A stretch of DNA of 64,000 nt, taken from Candidatus Aenigmatarchaeota archaeon. GTDB lineage: Archaea; Aenigmatarchaeota; Aenigmatarchaeia; QMZP01; QMZT01. How positions within the stretch are numbered: the stretch's first letter is position 1; the number at the start of each line of letters is the position of its first letter. A program made the position numbers and the translations under genes. Location: NCBI GenBank assembly GCA_043808015.1, contig JAZDFI010000007.1:930-64929 (forward strand), read 5' to 3'. Positions 44,978 through 54,349 of the stretch are shown here, piece after piece. A model generated the notes under the pieces. It ran no database searches and was not told the DNA's origin. It saw only the letters and a list, made by a program, of their open reading frames with translations.

Positions 44978-46888
44978 TCACGCGAACTTATCGAGGTCGT
45001 CGACGTCTTCGGAAACGACCGTCGTCTTCCTGAACTTGAAGTACCAGAGGAAGACGCCTGCGACCACCACGATCACGGTTATGATGATTATCCACGTGAG
45101 GTCAATCGCTGGAGCGGCTCCGCCAGCTTCGAGCATGTCCATTTTAGCCTGCGCCTTCTGGTAGTATTCGTTCGCCTGGGCGTAGTTGCCCAGCACCAGG
45201 GCGCTTTCAGCCTTGGAAATGTCCGAGCCGATATCGCTTCTCACGGTTTCGGAAATGCTCTTGCCCGCAAGCGCGTAGGAAAGGTCTGTTATGTCCCCGG
45301 AAATGTTGTCGTAGCAGTTGAGAACCACCAGTACGCTAGCAGTCTCGCCTCCTGCCTTTATGTTTATCAGGCCCTCGTATTTTCCGGCGCCGGACGGGGT
45401 GATGGATATCTCGACTGTCTCGTAATCGCCTGCCGCGACGGAAAGATCGGAAACAGGGACGTCAATGTAGCCGCTCATATCGAGCGTCTCGAGGTACTGG
45501 TCGCCGCCTCCGGTGTCCTCCACGTCGTAGCTGAAGCCCGTGAGGCCGGCAGCGCCGCTGTTGCTGACGCGGATTTCGTGATAAACAGGATCGCCGTCTA
45601 TGCAATCCCTGGAGAGAATCATCGTCTCTTTGCTGATAGACAAACTCTTGCTGCCCGTGCATGCCTGCCCGGGTTTCATCACCGTTATTGAAACGGGTAT
45701 CGCGAGTTCGAGGCCGTCACCGGATTTGACCGTCACCTTGCCATCGACATCCGCTTTGATGTTAGGCACGTCTATGCTTATCGTCGTGGCTTCGAGCGGG
45801 CCTAAAGACGATTTACCCAGGTCGACGTAGCTGTCCTTCAGGTCGCCTGACACGGAAACTGATATGTTCGTCGAGTTCTGCCTGAGATTCCTTATTTGTA
45901 TGGTTTGCGAGAAATCTTTAGACTCGTTGACGACGGCATAAATGGAATCCGGTATGAGCTCGAAGAATTCCACTATCGAAAATTTCGCCGTCTTGGCAAG
46001 CGGGCTGAGCGTGCGGATCTCGTATTCGCCCTCGGGCCAGTTGCCCTCGGACACGAAATCGTAAGAGAACGTGTGGTCGGAAGCGACTGAAACAGAAAAA
46101 TCTTTCGCCTTTTTCCCGTCCGGGTAACGTATTTCTCCCGTTACGCTGGCGGCGCTTGACGTGCCTGTCACAACGACCTTCTCCCCGGTCCAGTATTCAG
46201 CCTTGCCGGCTTGCATGGTGAGATAGTCGCCTGAAGGGATCTCGATTCTTTTTAACGTGCTGCCATACGTTCCGGACTCGTTGACCATGAACGTGAAGTA
46301 GTATACACCCGGGTTGAGCGTGATGTTGCCGGCATAGCGGGCCTGGATGACATCGTATTCTAGCGGGCGCTCGGTCTGGTATATGCTCAGGTCCTCCTTG
46401 TATATGCTGTATTTCATCCAGGCTTTCTGGGCCATGTAGAAGAACATGTATACGGTGTTGTCCACCTTGTTCACGCCCGTGAGCGGGACTGAGACTGTCG
46501 ATATGTTAAGCGGGATGGTCTTGTTAGTCGCGCCGCTGGGTGTTATGACGTTGATATACATCTCGGTCGGGCCCGCATTGAAGAAGGGCGACGGTCCGCA
46601 GGTCGCGTTGCCGTCGCTGTTGGAGAAATAACAGAGTCCCTTGCCGTCCGTTGTTGTCGGGAAAGAGCCGAGGCCTATGCTGCCCGTATTATATACTGAC
46701 CACGTGATGCGCATCGGCTTTTCAGTCGTCTTCGGATCGACTTTTATCAGGACCGCCGAGTTGACGGAAAGCACCTTCTCGTCAGGCAGTATGATGACAT
46801 CGGGGCTGTCGGCGCGGGCAAAACCCGGCACCAGCAAAAAAGCAACGGCTAAAAGTAAAACTAACCCAAAAATCCAACCCCTTTTCAT
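44978..46888 (-). CDS. Large cell-surface (S-layer-like) glycoprotein with N-terminal signal peptide and C-terminal TM anchor
   Basis: Signal GLVLLLAVAFLLVPGFARA. Over 20 N-x-S/T sequons. C-terminal TM WIIIITVIVVVAGVFLWYF plus short cytoplasmic tail. Confidence 0.55.
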   Translation of the reverse strand: MKRGWIFGLVLLLAVAFLLVPGFARADSPDVIILPDEKVLSVNSAVLIKVDPKTTEKPMRITWSVYNTGSIGLGSFPTTTDGKGLCYFSNSDGNATCGPSPFFNAGPTEMYINVITPSGATNKTIPLNISTVSVPLTGVNKVDNTVYMFFYMAQKAWMKYSIYKEDLSIYQTERPLEYDVIQARYAGNITLNPGVYYFTFMVNESGTYGSTLKRIEIPSGDYLTMQAGKAEYWTGEKVVVTGTSSAASVTGEIRYPDGKKAKDFSVSVASDHTFSYDFVSEGNWPEGEYEIRTLSPLAKTAKFSIVEFFELIPDSIYAVVNESKDFSQTIQIRNLRQNSTNISVSVSGDLKDSYVDLGKSSLGPLEATTISIDVPNIKADVDGKVTVKSGDGLELAIPVSITVMKPGQACTGSKSLSISKETMILSRDCIDGDPVYHEIRVSNSGAAGLTGFSYDVEDTGGGDQYLETLDMSGYIDVPVSDLSVAAGDYETVEISITPSGAGKYEGLINIKAGGETASVLVVLNCYDNISGDITDLSYALAGKSISETVRSDIGSDISKAESALVLGNYAQANEYYQKAQAKMDMLEAGGAAPAIDLTWIIIITVIVVVAGVFLWYFKFRKTTVVSEDVDDLDKFA

Positions 46889-47006
46889 AATAATAATTGT
46901 CTTACAGAGGTTAATAAATGGCGCGAGGAATGACGCGAGCCGGTGGATGCCCGGACCCCGCTCAGCAATTTAAATCGGGCCGCCACCCTATTATTGAGGG
47001 GATTTT

Positions 47007-47330
47007 ATGGAAATTGAAATGAAAGATTTCGAGAAAATCGAACTGAAAGTTGGGGAGATAATAAGGGCCGACGAGATAGCGGGTTCGGACAAGCTTTACA
47101 AGCTCGAAGTCGACGTTGGCGGCAAGCAGATAACCTTGGTGGCCGGCGTGAAGAATCATTACGAAAAAGAGAAGCTGGCCGGCAAGAAGATAGTCGTGCT
47201 CACCAACCTCAGGCCGACGCTCATAAAAGGCGTGACGTCCGAGGGCATGCTGCTCGCGGCTGTCAAGAACGACACGGTCCATCTCGTCACCGTCGACAAA
47301 GGCGCCGAGGTCGGAGCAGACGTCGCATAA
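47007..47330 (+). CDS. tRNA-binding domain protein (Trbp111/CsaA/EMAP-like OB fold)
   Basis: IELKVGEIIRADEIAGSDKLYKLEVDVGG...IVVLTNLRPTLIKGVTSEGMLLAA is the MetRS C-terminal/Trbp111 family signature. Confidence 0.75.
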   Translation: MEIEMKDFEKIELKVGEIIRADEIAGSDKLYKLEVDVGGKQITLVAGVKNHYEKEKLAGKKIVVLTNLRPTLIKGVTSEGMLLAAVKNDTVHLVTVDKGAEVGADVA

Positions 47331-47396
47331 AGGCGCGCGAAAACCTGGCTAACCATCCGTTTTTAAAATTTATTCTTATCGTATTCTTTGGTGCAC

Positions 47397-48077
47397 ATGC
47401 ATACAGCACAAGATGCGTTGAAAGTCGCGAAGGATGTTTTTCTGGCGACTTACGATTTTGGGGACAGAAACCTGGATTTCGGCCTCAACGCGAACCTGAT
47501 GAGAGAACTGGGCTATAAAGGAACGCTTAGCCTGAGGCAGATGTCTTACACGCCAGAAAACCGGCTGAGAATGGGCCTGATTTTTTCCGAAGGCGAGCCG
47601 CTCGGCCTCACCCTTCTCGACAGCTATAATGACTGCGATGGCAGGACTGTACTGCGCACAGACGAAAGGGAAGCTGTTCAGGGCAGGTGCCATGAGGGAA
47701 ACTGCGACCTGGGTATTTATGCGATTACATGGATTCCCGGCGGGCAAGACTGTGGGAGTGTTTACATGGCTTCTCGCTTCCAGAAAAGCACTGTCGAATT
47801 CATCAACGGAATGTTGTTATGTCCGGATGGGAGCCTGAAAAAAATCAGCAGCTACCGCAGGACCAGCGAAACCCCGGAATGCATGGTCGATTCCGGCATG
47901 GCGCTGGACTGGACAGGCCGGGACATGAGCGCTAAAAGATTCATTGAACTCATGGACACGCAAGATCTTAGCGTGGTGGGCGATTCCAGCAAAAGGCAGC
48001 AGGAAATGTGCTTTGCCATGTCATCCATTCTAAAAGGATATTTTAACGGCAGGCCGGGCAAACCGCTGCACGAGTAA
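47397..48077 (+). CDS. Hypothetical Cys-rich protein immediately upstream of hydrogenase large subunit
   Basis: About 10 Cys (NDCDG, GRCHEGNCD, QDCGS, LLCPDG, PECMVD, EMCFAM). No NuoB/NuoC motifs. Track start 47388 is TTG; ATG at 47397. Confidence 0.4.
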   Translation: MHTAQDALKVAKDVFLATYDFGDRNLDFGLNANLMRELGYKGTLSLRQMSYTPENRLRMGLIFSEGEPLGLTLLDSYNDCDGRTVLRTDEREAVQGRCHEGNCDLGIYAITWIPGGQDCGSVYMASRFQKSTVEFINGMLLCPDGSLKKISSYRRTSETPECMVDSGMALDWTGRDMSAKRFIELMDTQDLSVVGDSSKRQQEMCFAMSSILKGYFNGRPGKPLHE

Positions 48078-48118
48078 GCCCGGTAAAATTACTTATAACA
48101 GAAGAGCAAAATAATTAT

Positions 48119-49330
48119 ATGCATGATTTTGTTCTGCCGTTCGGGCCGCAGCATCCCGCGCTGGTCGAGCCGGCGCACATAAAGCTGCGCGTCGAGGGCG
48201 AAACGATAAAAGGGGCGGAGCTCGTCCTTGGATACAATCACAAGGGCATCGAGAAGTCGTTCGAGAACAGGCCGTGGGCGAAAGGCGTCTTTCTGAGCGA
48301 GCGCGTGTGCGGCATATGCGGCCACTACCACACGGCGTGCTACTGCCAGGGCATCGAGCAGATGCTCGGCATCGAGATTCCGGACCGCGCTAAGCACATA
48401 CGCACGCTCGTCAGCGAGCTGGAGCGCATGCATTCGCACATGCTCGCGCTGGGCCTGGTTGCATGGGAAGTGGGCCTCGATACACTGTTTCATTATCTGT
48501 TCCGCGACCGCGAGCTCGTCATGGATATGCAGGAGGCGCTTACCGGCGGACGCGTGCACTTCGCGATGAACGTGATAGGCGGCGTACGAAGGGACGTGGG
48601 TCAGGAAAACTACGGCAGGATGGCCAAAAACCTCGACGCGCTTGAAGAGCGCATGAAACATTATCTGAGCGTTTTCAGGAATGATTCTTTGATGAAAATC
48701 AGGACCAGAAACGTGGGGCATCTGTCTCGAATGAAAGCGAAGGAGCTGAACCCGGTCGGCCCGAACCTGCGCGCTTCCGGAATCGATTACGACGTGCGCG
48801 AAACCGGCTACATGGCATACAAGGACCTCAAGTTCAGGGCCGTGACCGGCGAGGGCGGCGACGCGCAGGAGCGCTGCATAGTCCGCGTGAAGGAATGCCT
48901 CGAATCGATACGCATGATCCGGCTGTCGCTGACTACTCTGACTGAAATAAAGGGCGACATATCGCTCAAGCTCCCGGCAGCCGTAAGCGTAAAAGAAGGC
49001 CTCGAAACCGTGTCGCGGGTTGAGGCACCGCGCGGCGAGCTGTTCTATTATCTGCAGTCCGCAGGCGCGAAGCCGTCGAGGGTGCGCATACGCACGCCTA
49101 CATACCAGACCTTCCACGTCCTGGAGGAAATACTGAAAGGCCACACGATATCCGACGTGCCCGTAATAGTCGCATCGCTGGATCCATGCTTCTCGTGCAC
49201 GGACAGGATGACCATAATCGACACTAAATCGCGCAAGGAGAAAATAATAACCAAGCACGAAATCCTGCACATGCGAGACGACGCACACGGAGCGCATGAA
49301 CACAGCCACGGAGGCCACAAGCATGTTTGA
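48119..49330 (+). CDS. Group 4 [NiFe]-hydrogenase large subunit (Ech/Mbh/HycE-like) with His-rich C-terminal extension
   Basis: L1 motif RVCGICGHYH (RxCGxCxxxH) and L2 motif DPCFSCTDR (DPCxxCxxR), followed by 38-aa tail MTIIDTK...HGAHEHSHGGHKHV, a putative HycI-cleaved extension. Confidence 0.8.
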   Translation: MHDFVLPFGPQHPALVEPAHIKLRVEGETIKGAELVLGYNHKGIEKSFENRPWAKGVFLSERVCGICGHYHTACYCQGIEQMLGIEIPDRAKHIRTLVSELERMHSHMLALGLVAWEVGLDTLFHYLFRDRELVMDMQEALTGGRVHFAMNVIGGVRRDVGQENYGRMAKNLDALEERMKHYLSVFRNDSLMKIRTRNVGHLSRMKAKELNPVGPNLRASGIDYDVRETGYMAYKDLKFRAVTGEGGDAQERCIVRVKECLESIRMIRLSLTTLTEIKGDISLKLPAAVSVKEGLETVSRVEAPRGELFYYLQSAGAKPSRVRIRTPTYQTFHVLEEILKGHTISDVPVIVASLDPCFSCTDRMTIIDTKSRKEKIITKHEILHMRDDAHGAHEHSHGGHKHV

Positions 49331-50249
49331 ATCGCTTTTGACGCCTCAGCTGGCGCAGAATGTTTTCAATATGCTCGTCTTTCCGGGATTCCTCGCCGCC
49401 TTCATAATCGGCTTCCTTTACATGGGCATAGTGCGCAAGGTCAGCGCCCGCATGCAGCATCGGGTCGGACCGCCGTTGTGGCAGCCGTTCTTCGACTTCT
49501 TCAAACTGCTTTCCAAGGAGAACATAACCACGCGCGACGCGACGGGCGCGCTAGCTACGCTCTGCCCGGTGGTCTCGTTCGCGTCGCTGATGACGGTCGC
49601 GCTTTTCATACCCATCGCCGGTATTCCCGGTTTGTTCAGCGTCGAACCCATATCGTTCCAGGGCAGCCTTTTTGTCGTGCTTTACTTCCTGATAATGTCT
49701 TCCGTATTTTTCGCTGTCGCCGGTTTCGCTGCCGGCAATCCTTTCGCTTCGCTCGGCAGCATACGCGAGCTGACGCAGCTGTTCGCTTACGAATTCCCCT
49801 TCGTCATTTCCCTGGTCACGCTGGGCATATTCACGGGCTTTCGTATCGTGCCGCTTTTCGCCCTGCAGCTGCCGTTCGCGTTCTTCGCATTTCTCATGGG
49901 CGTGCTGGGAAAACTCTCGCTTCCTCCGTTCCACATACCGGACGCGGAGCAGGAGATAGTCGCAGGCCCCACGACGGAATACAGCGGTCCCAGACTAGCG
50001 ATGTTCGAGCTGGCCAAAGCGGCGGGATTCTGGGTGCTGATATCGCTGGGCGCGGTCCTTTACCTCGGAGCGGACAGCCTTCTCGCCTTCGCAGTTTATT
50101 CGCTCGCGTTACTGGCGGTACTGATCGTATTCCGCGTCGTGTTCGCCAGGCTGCAGATAGCCCAGGCTTTCAGGTTTTACTGGTTCGTCGTAGGGCCGCT
50201 TGCGCTCATCGACCTCGCCAGGGTCCTGCTCGGATATTATGTTATGTAG
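49323..50249 (+). CDS. Hydrogenase membrane subunit, NuoH/HycD/EchB-like
   Basis: 8 TM helices, RKVSARMQHRVGPP...PFFDFFKLL is NuoH-family. Start taken at ATG 49323 (8-nt overlap with upstream stop). Confidence 0.7.
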   Translation: MFESLLTPQLAQNVFNMLVFPGFLAAFIIGFLYMGIVRKVSARMQHRVGPPLWQPFFDFFKLLSKENITTRDATGALATLCPVVSFASLMTVALFIPIAGIPGLFSVEPISFQGSLFVVLYFLIMSSVFFAVAGFAAGNPFASLGSIRELTQLFAYEFPFVISLVTLGIFTGFRIVPLFALQLPFAFFAFLMGVLGKLSLPPFHIPDAEQEIVAGPTTEYSGPRLAMFELAKAAGFWVLISLGAVLYLGADSLLAFAVYSLALLAVLIVFRVVFARLQIAQAFRFYWFVVGPLALIDLARVLLGYYVM

Positions 50250-50260
50250 GTGTATGTGAA

Positions 50261-50599
50261 ATGAATCTGCTACCAGAGGCGTTGCAAAGGCTTTTTTCCA
50301 GGCCTGCGACCAGGCGCTATCCGAAACAGCATGCGTCGCTAGCTCCTGGCTTCAGGGGCAAGGTGGAATGGAAAAAGGAAACGTGCATCTTCTGCATGCT
50401 CTGCGCCATAAACTGTCCCACAAACGCGATAGTCGTCGACAGGGAGCATAAGACTTGGACGATAGACGTCGGCAAGTGCATCTTCTGCGGCAAATGCCAC
50501 GACGTCTGTCCGACGAAACCGAAGTCCGTCGATAATTCGAACAAGTTCGAACTCGCCGGCCCTGACAAGGACAGGTTCAAAGAAACGCACAAGAAATAA
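50261..50599 (+). CDS. 2x[4Fe-4S] ferredoxin subunit, NuoI/HycF/EchF-like
   Basis: CIFCMLCAINCP and CIFCGKCHDVCP (two CxxCxxCxxxCP motifs). Only the last 112 codons of the track ORF 49478-50599. Confidence 0.75.
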   Translation: MNLLPEALQRLFSRPATRRYPKQHASLAPGFRGKVEWKKETCIFCMLCAINCPTNAIVVDREHKTWTIDVGKCIFCGKCHDVCPTKPKSVDNSNKFELAGPDKDRFKETHKK

Positions 50600-51307
50600 T
50601 TATCCATCTTTATGTTTGCCGTTTTTCCCACCAGAGAAAGCGCTCCCTATTCTACTGATGGCGCTTGACTGGCGCTCGAATTCCTTCTCCAGCATGGTGC
50701 CGAGCATCTTCTTTTTGTAAAGGCTGCTTATGATTTCCGCTACCTTGTCGCCAGCGGCTCTGGCCTCGCTGCCGAGGGGCTGGCCGAACTCGTTGCTTTT
50801 CTTCTGTATGCCGATTATGGTGACCGGGCTTTTCACCGGCTGGTCGGCATTGTAAAGGCGCAGGAAAATGCTGAGCGGCGTGATGTGCGTCGACATGGCC
50901 GTGTCGCTTAACTCGTAGTCCCTTATCACTTTAAGGCTTCCGGGCCTCCTGCCGAAATCCGCGGCGTCGACGATTATGAGAAGCGTGGGGGTGAACGCCT
51001 TCAGCTCGCGTACGTGATCTTCGGGCATCGCCGTCTTTATGAAAAGGAAATATTCGTCTTTGCCTATCAGTTTCTTTAGTTTTTCAGCTACGTACGGGCC
51101 GACGCCATCGTCGCCTTTCAGGTCGTTGCCAACGCCGAGAATGGCGAAGCGCTCCTTGCGCAGCTTATCCTCCTTGAAATTCCTGTATATATCGTTTATG
51201 GACTCGATGAATTTCTTGTCTTCGGCTGGCTTGCCGTCCTTCGCAGGCGCCTTAGCGTCCTTAGAACCCCTGTGAAAAATGTTCCTGCCTGGCTTCGGGA
51301 ACTTCAT
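50600..51307 (-). CDS. hycI: Hydrogenase maturation endopeptidase (HycI/HyaD family) with N-terminal Lys-rich extension
   Basis: ILGVGNDLKGDDGVG (conserved GxGNxLxxDDGxG) and downstream D/H residues. Confidence 0.7.
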   Translation of the reverse strand: MKFPKPGRNIFHRGSKDAKAPAKDGKPAEDKKFIESINDIYRNFKEDKLRKERFAILGVGNDLKGDDGVGPYVAEKLKKLIGKDEYFLFIKTAMPEDHVRELKAFTPTLLIIVDAADFGRRPGSLKVIRDYELSDTAMSTHITPLSIFLRLYNADQPVKSPVTIIGIQKKSNEFGQPLGSEARAAGDKVAEIISSLYKKKMLGTMLEKEFERQSSAISRIGSAFSGGKNGKHKDG

Positions 51308-51393
51308 GATTATATTCTGCCTGCCCGGCCTTAAATCGCTTCAGACGACGCTAGCGAACAACAGATTAAAATGCATGCGGCCATAATAATATT

Positions 51394-52212
51394 ATGCTCG
51401 AGTCAATCCTCAGCTTCAGGGAAGTCGATAAGTCCCCTTACCTGACGTTCATCTGGGCGCTGCTCATAACGACGGTGGGCGTGCTTCTCTCGACGCAGCT
51501 TTTCTACAAGGTTACGATTTCAGGCGTGTCTTTCAACCTGACGGGCATGTTCGCGGTCATATTCACCATCATGCCGTCGGTCTACTTCCTGACCAGGGTA
51601 ATAATGAAGGAAGAAAAAATGGAGGAAGATGCATGCATAAACCATTACAAAAAGGACTTCTTCAAGCGCCACGAAAAGGACATACTGATGTTTCTTTTCT
51701 ATTTTCTCGGCGTGACCGTCGCTTTCGCCGCGTGGTCCTTCATCCTGCCGCAGGATTTCTTCCAGGTGCAGCTCGTAAAGATAACCGAGATACGCGCTGC
51801 GGTCTCGGGCCAGTTCACGGGCAGGATAATAAAAGGCAACTTCGACTCGTTCCTGGCGGTGTTCGCGAACAACATGGAAGTGATGATATTCTCCTTCATA
51901 TTCTCGCTGCTCTACGGAGCGGGCGCAGTGTTCATAATCGTGTGGAACGCTTCCATCCTGGGCACGTGCATAGGCGAGCTGTCGAAGTCGATAACAGACA
52001 TTCCCATGGTCACGCTATCGTTTCTCCCGCACGGCATACCCGAGGTCGTCGGCTACCTTTGCGCCAGCATCGCGGGCGGACTGCTGTCGGCAGCGATACT
52101 CAGGTGCAGGAGCACGAAAGTCATGGAAATCATATTTCTCGACTCGTTAAAGATAATAGCCATAGGCGCGTTGTTCATTCTCGTCGCCGCAGGCATAGAA
52201 GTCTATTTATAA
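51394..52212 (+). CDS. SpoIIM-like (DUF95) membrane protein
   Basis: 6-TM topology with the conserved pattern of the stage II sporulation protein M family. Confidence 0.55.
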   Translation: MLESILSFREVDKSPYLTFIWALLITTVGVLLSTQLFYKVTISGVSFNLTGMFAVIFTIMPSVYFLTRVIMKEEKMEEDACINHYKKDFFKRHEKDILMFLFYFLGVTVAFAAWSFILPQDFFQVQLVKITEIRAAVSGQFTGRIIKGNFDSFLAVFANNMEVMIFSFIFSLLYGAGAVFIIVWNASILGTCIGELSKSITDIPMVTLSFLPHGIPEVVGYLCASIAGGLLSAAILRCRSTKVMEIIFLDSLKIIAIGALFILVAAGIEVYL

Positions 52213-52285
52213 ACATGCGAGCCGCCAGACTCAGGCGAGGATTTATATTGGGGTCGGGACCAATTATTTAACAAGGGGTGTTCAA

Positions 52286-52552
52286 ATGATAGACATATGG
52301 CTTGCCATTGCAACGCTGCTAACACCAGTTTTTGCAGAGTACGCGAAAATCAGAAGTAAAGCAGAGCGACAGTTCAACTTCATAGCGGCCGCGGGGGTTT
52401 TCTTCCTCGTATCGATAGCATTTACAGCGAGTTTGTTCACTAACATGCTTGGAAGCTCTTACATATTCGGAGTATACATATTCGAGTTTCTTGGCTGGCT
52501 TTTCTTGGTGGTTGGTGCAGTGTGGGCAGTGTTCAGTGGCCTAATAAAATAA
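52286..52552 (+). CDS. Small membrane protein (88 aa)
   Basis: Three hydrophobic helices. SD aaggggtg 6 nt upstream. Confidence 0.35.
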   Translation: MIDIWLAIATLLTPVFAEYAKIRSKAERQFNFIAAAGVFFLVSIAFTASLFTNMLGSSYIFGVYIFEFLGWLFLVVGAVWAVFSGLIK

Positions 52553-52629
52553 AGTAACCAAGAATTGGGAAGCATTTTAACACTTCCCATTTTTCTTTTT
52601 ATTCCCTTCCGAGAAACCTGCATTCTACT

Positions 52630-53151
52630 TTACAGTCTTATGGTCTCGATGTAGCAGGAGCTCGGGACTTTCGAAGAAGCGATTTTCAGGGCGTGCCTGC
52701 ACGCAGCCTCGTGTATGGGGGCGACTTTCGCCTCCAGAATGCGCTGGTTCTTCTTGGTGCGCGCGGCCGTGCCTATGGGCCTGCCAAACGCCTTGCGCAT
52801 GCCCGTCTGGAATCTGTCGGCGCCTGCGCCCGTCGCTAGAGGGTTCTCCCTTAGAACATGATGGGGGAATATGAGAATCTTGGCAAAGAATCCGTCAACT
52901 CCGGCCTTCTTTTCAAGCTCCTTCGTCGCCGACAGCCTCATCGCCTCGAGCGCGTTGTTCCTCATCTGGACCGCGTTCTTGATGACGAGATACATCTTTA
53001 TCGTGAATTCCGGCTTGTCGACGCCTGAGTTGAACCTGTGTATCTTCGAAGGGGGGACGCCTTTCACGTAGCTTTTCCTGGGCTTGCTTATCGAGATGCG
53101 CGTGTTCGGCCTCTCAAGCTTTCTGTAGCATTTTGCTGGTCTCAATCCCAT
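52630..53151 (-). CDS. rpl10e: Ribosomal protein L10e (uL16)
   Basis: MGLRPAKCYRKLERPNTRISISKPRKSY... matches L10e/L16 over its full 173 aa. Confidence 0.9.
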   Translation of the reverse strand: MGLRPAKCYRKLERPNTRISISKPRKSYVKGVPPSKIHRFNSGVDKPEFTIKMYLVIKNAVQMRNNALEAMRLSATKELEKKAGVDGFFAKILIFPHHVLRENPLATGAGADRFQTGMRKAFGRPIGTAARTKKNQRILEAKVAPIHEAACRHALKIASSKVPSSCYIETIRL

Positions 53152-53243
53152 GATATCACTCTGTCAATCGGATATTATATTCCTTATATATAATCATAAT
53201 GGTTTAAATACGTGCTATATGGGCTTACCTGCTTTTAAATTTT

Positions 53244-53825
53244 TCACGTACCGATTACCATGTAATCGCCCTCGCACGCTGAAGCGTAGCCGGCCTCTTT
53301 CATGCTATCTTCGAGCGGGATTTTTGCCAGAACGGCCTGCGAATCGCCGTCCAAGTATGCCACAGGACACAGACTTTTACCGGCCTGCGTGAACGCGGCG
53401 TTGCCGGAAAACCCCCAGTGCATGCTTCTGGCATAACCTATAATTTCGCCTTTCTTCACAACCTGACCTTCAATCACAAGCGACTTGTGCAGGTAATAAT
53501 ACATCGTGGTATAGGCGCCGTGGTCGATTTCTATCTTAAAATTGGTTTCCTCGGAAAACTTCATGTACGCAACCTTTCCGTCCGCCGAAGCCATTATTTT
53601 ATTGCTGGTGTTGTTGCCCCACGCGAAGTCGATGCCATTATGCCCACCTTTCACCATTTCAGCCGGATGATTGAGCGTTTCTCCCATAGGCACCAGAAAT
53701 AAAGGTGTGTTATCTGTGTCGAACGGCAGTCTCAACGTGACTGCTGAAGAAACGCAGCCGCTCGTGAAAATGACTGATGCTAAAACCAGAAATAACAGCG
53801 CATTGCCAATGAAATGCGTCCTCAT
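53244..53825 (-). CDS. Secreted M23-family metallopeptidase
   Basis: Signal/lipobox (SGC). HNGIDF (HxxxD) and IEIDHGAYTTMYYH (HxH). Confidence 0.75.
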   Translation of the reverse strand: MRTHFIGNALLFLVLASVIFTSGCVSSAVTLRLPFDTDNTPLFLVPMGETLNHPAEMVKGGHNGIDFAWGNNTSNKIMASADGKVAYMKFSEETNFKIEIDHGAYTTMYYYLHKSLVIEGQVVKKGEIIGYARSMHWGFSGNAAFTQAGKSLCPVAYLDGDSQAVLAKIPLEDSMKEAGYASACEGDYMVIGT

Positions 53826-53871
53826 GATTCTAAGTTATTATTTTATTTAAAAAGACTTTTAACTTGGAGCT

Positions 53872-53927
53872 TACTCCGTCCTGACACCCTTCCAGTATGT
53901 TGTATGCTCATTCTGGATATTTAAAAC
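53872..53927. repeat. Direct repeat copy A (att-like core tactccgtcctgacacccttcca plus conserved 33-nt extension with hairpin and TATA-like box)
   Basis: 56/58 identical to copy B. Core 23 nt matches the 3' end of the nucleotidyltransferase gene at 54778-54800. Confidence 0.75.
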
Positions 53928-53946
53928 TAGCATTTTGATAACAATC

Positions 53947-54264
53947 ATGGAGAAGTATTTGAAGGTTGATGTTGATAAAATAAAGGCTTATTTCGAGGCG
54001 AAATTCGAAGGCCTCAGGGATTATATAAAACAAAATCCGCCCACGAATATGAACGCCAATAAACTTGACGATGAAATTGAACAGACTAAACTCTGGTGCG
54101 GAGGTAACGTGGAAAAATTCAGGCACGGAATTCTCGCGCTGCAGCAATTCGAGCTCGAGCCATCAAAGGAAATGGAAATGATTTTTGGACTGAAAAGGCA
54201 CATCACATACGCCAAAAATAACTACGCGATCATGGAAAGGCTGGTTCACGACGAATGCGGGTAG
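53947..54264 (+). CDS. Cassette ORF A, hypothetical protein (105 aa), lower GC
   Basis: ATG about 25 nt downstream of TATA-like atatttaaaa inside repeat A. Track start 53935 is TTG. Confidence 0.45.
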   Translation: MEKYLKVDVDKIKAYFEAKFEGLRDYIKQNPPTNMNANKLDDEIEQTKLWCGGNVEKFRHGILALQQFELEPSKEMEMIFGLKRHITYAKNNYAIMERLVHDECG

Positions 54265-54270
54265 AAATTG

Positions 54271-54330
54271 TTTCTACTCCGTCCTGACACCCTTCCAGTA
54301 TGTTGTCTGCTCATTCTGGATTTTTAAAAC
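54271..54330. repeat. Direct repeat copy B (tttctactccgtcctgacacccttcca + extension)
   Basis: 27-nt core matches copy C with 1 mismatch (A/G). The further 33 nt match copy A. Confidence 0.75.
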
Positions 54331-54349
54331 TTCTTTTCGGACGTCTAAT

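Noticed and set aside
48089-49324. 411-aa minus-strand ORF antisense to the hydrogenase large subunit
   Set aside because: The forward frame has both NiFe ligand motifs. The reverse frame is an Arg/Ala-rich shadow.
49478-50599. 373-aa track ORF
   Set aside because: Only the last 112 codons (from ATG 50261) encode the 2x[4Fe-4S] ferredoxin. The upstream part is an out-of-frame read through the NuoH-like gene.
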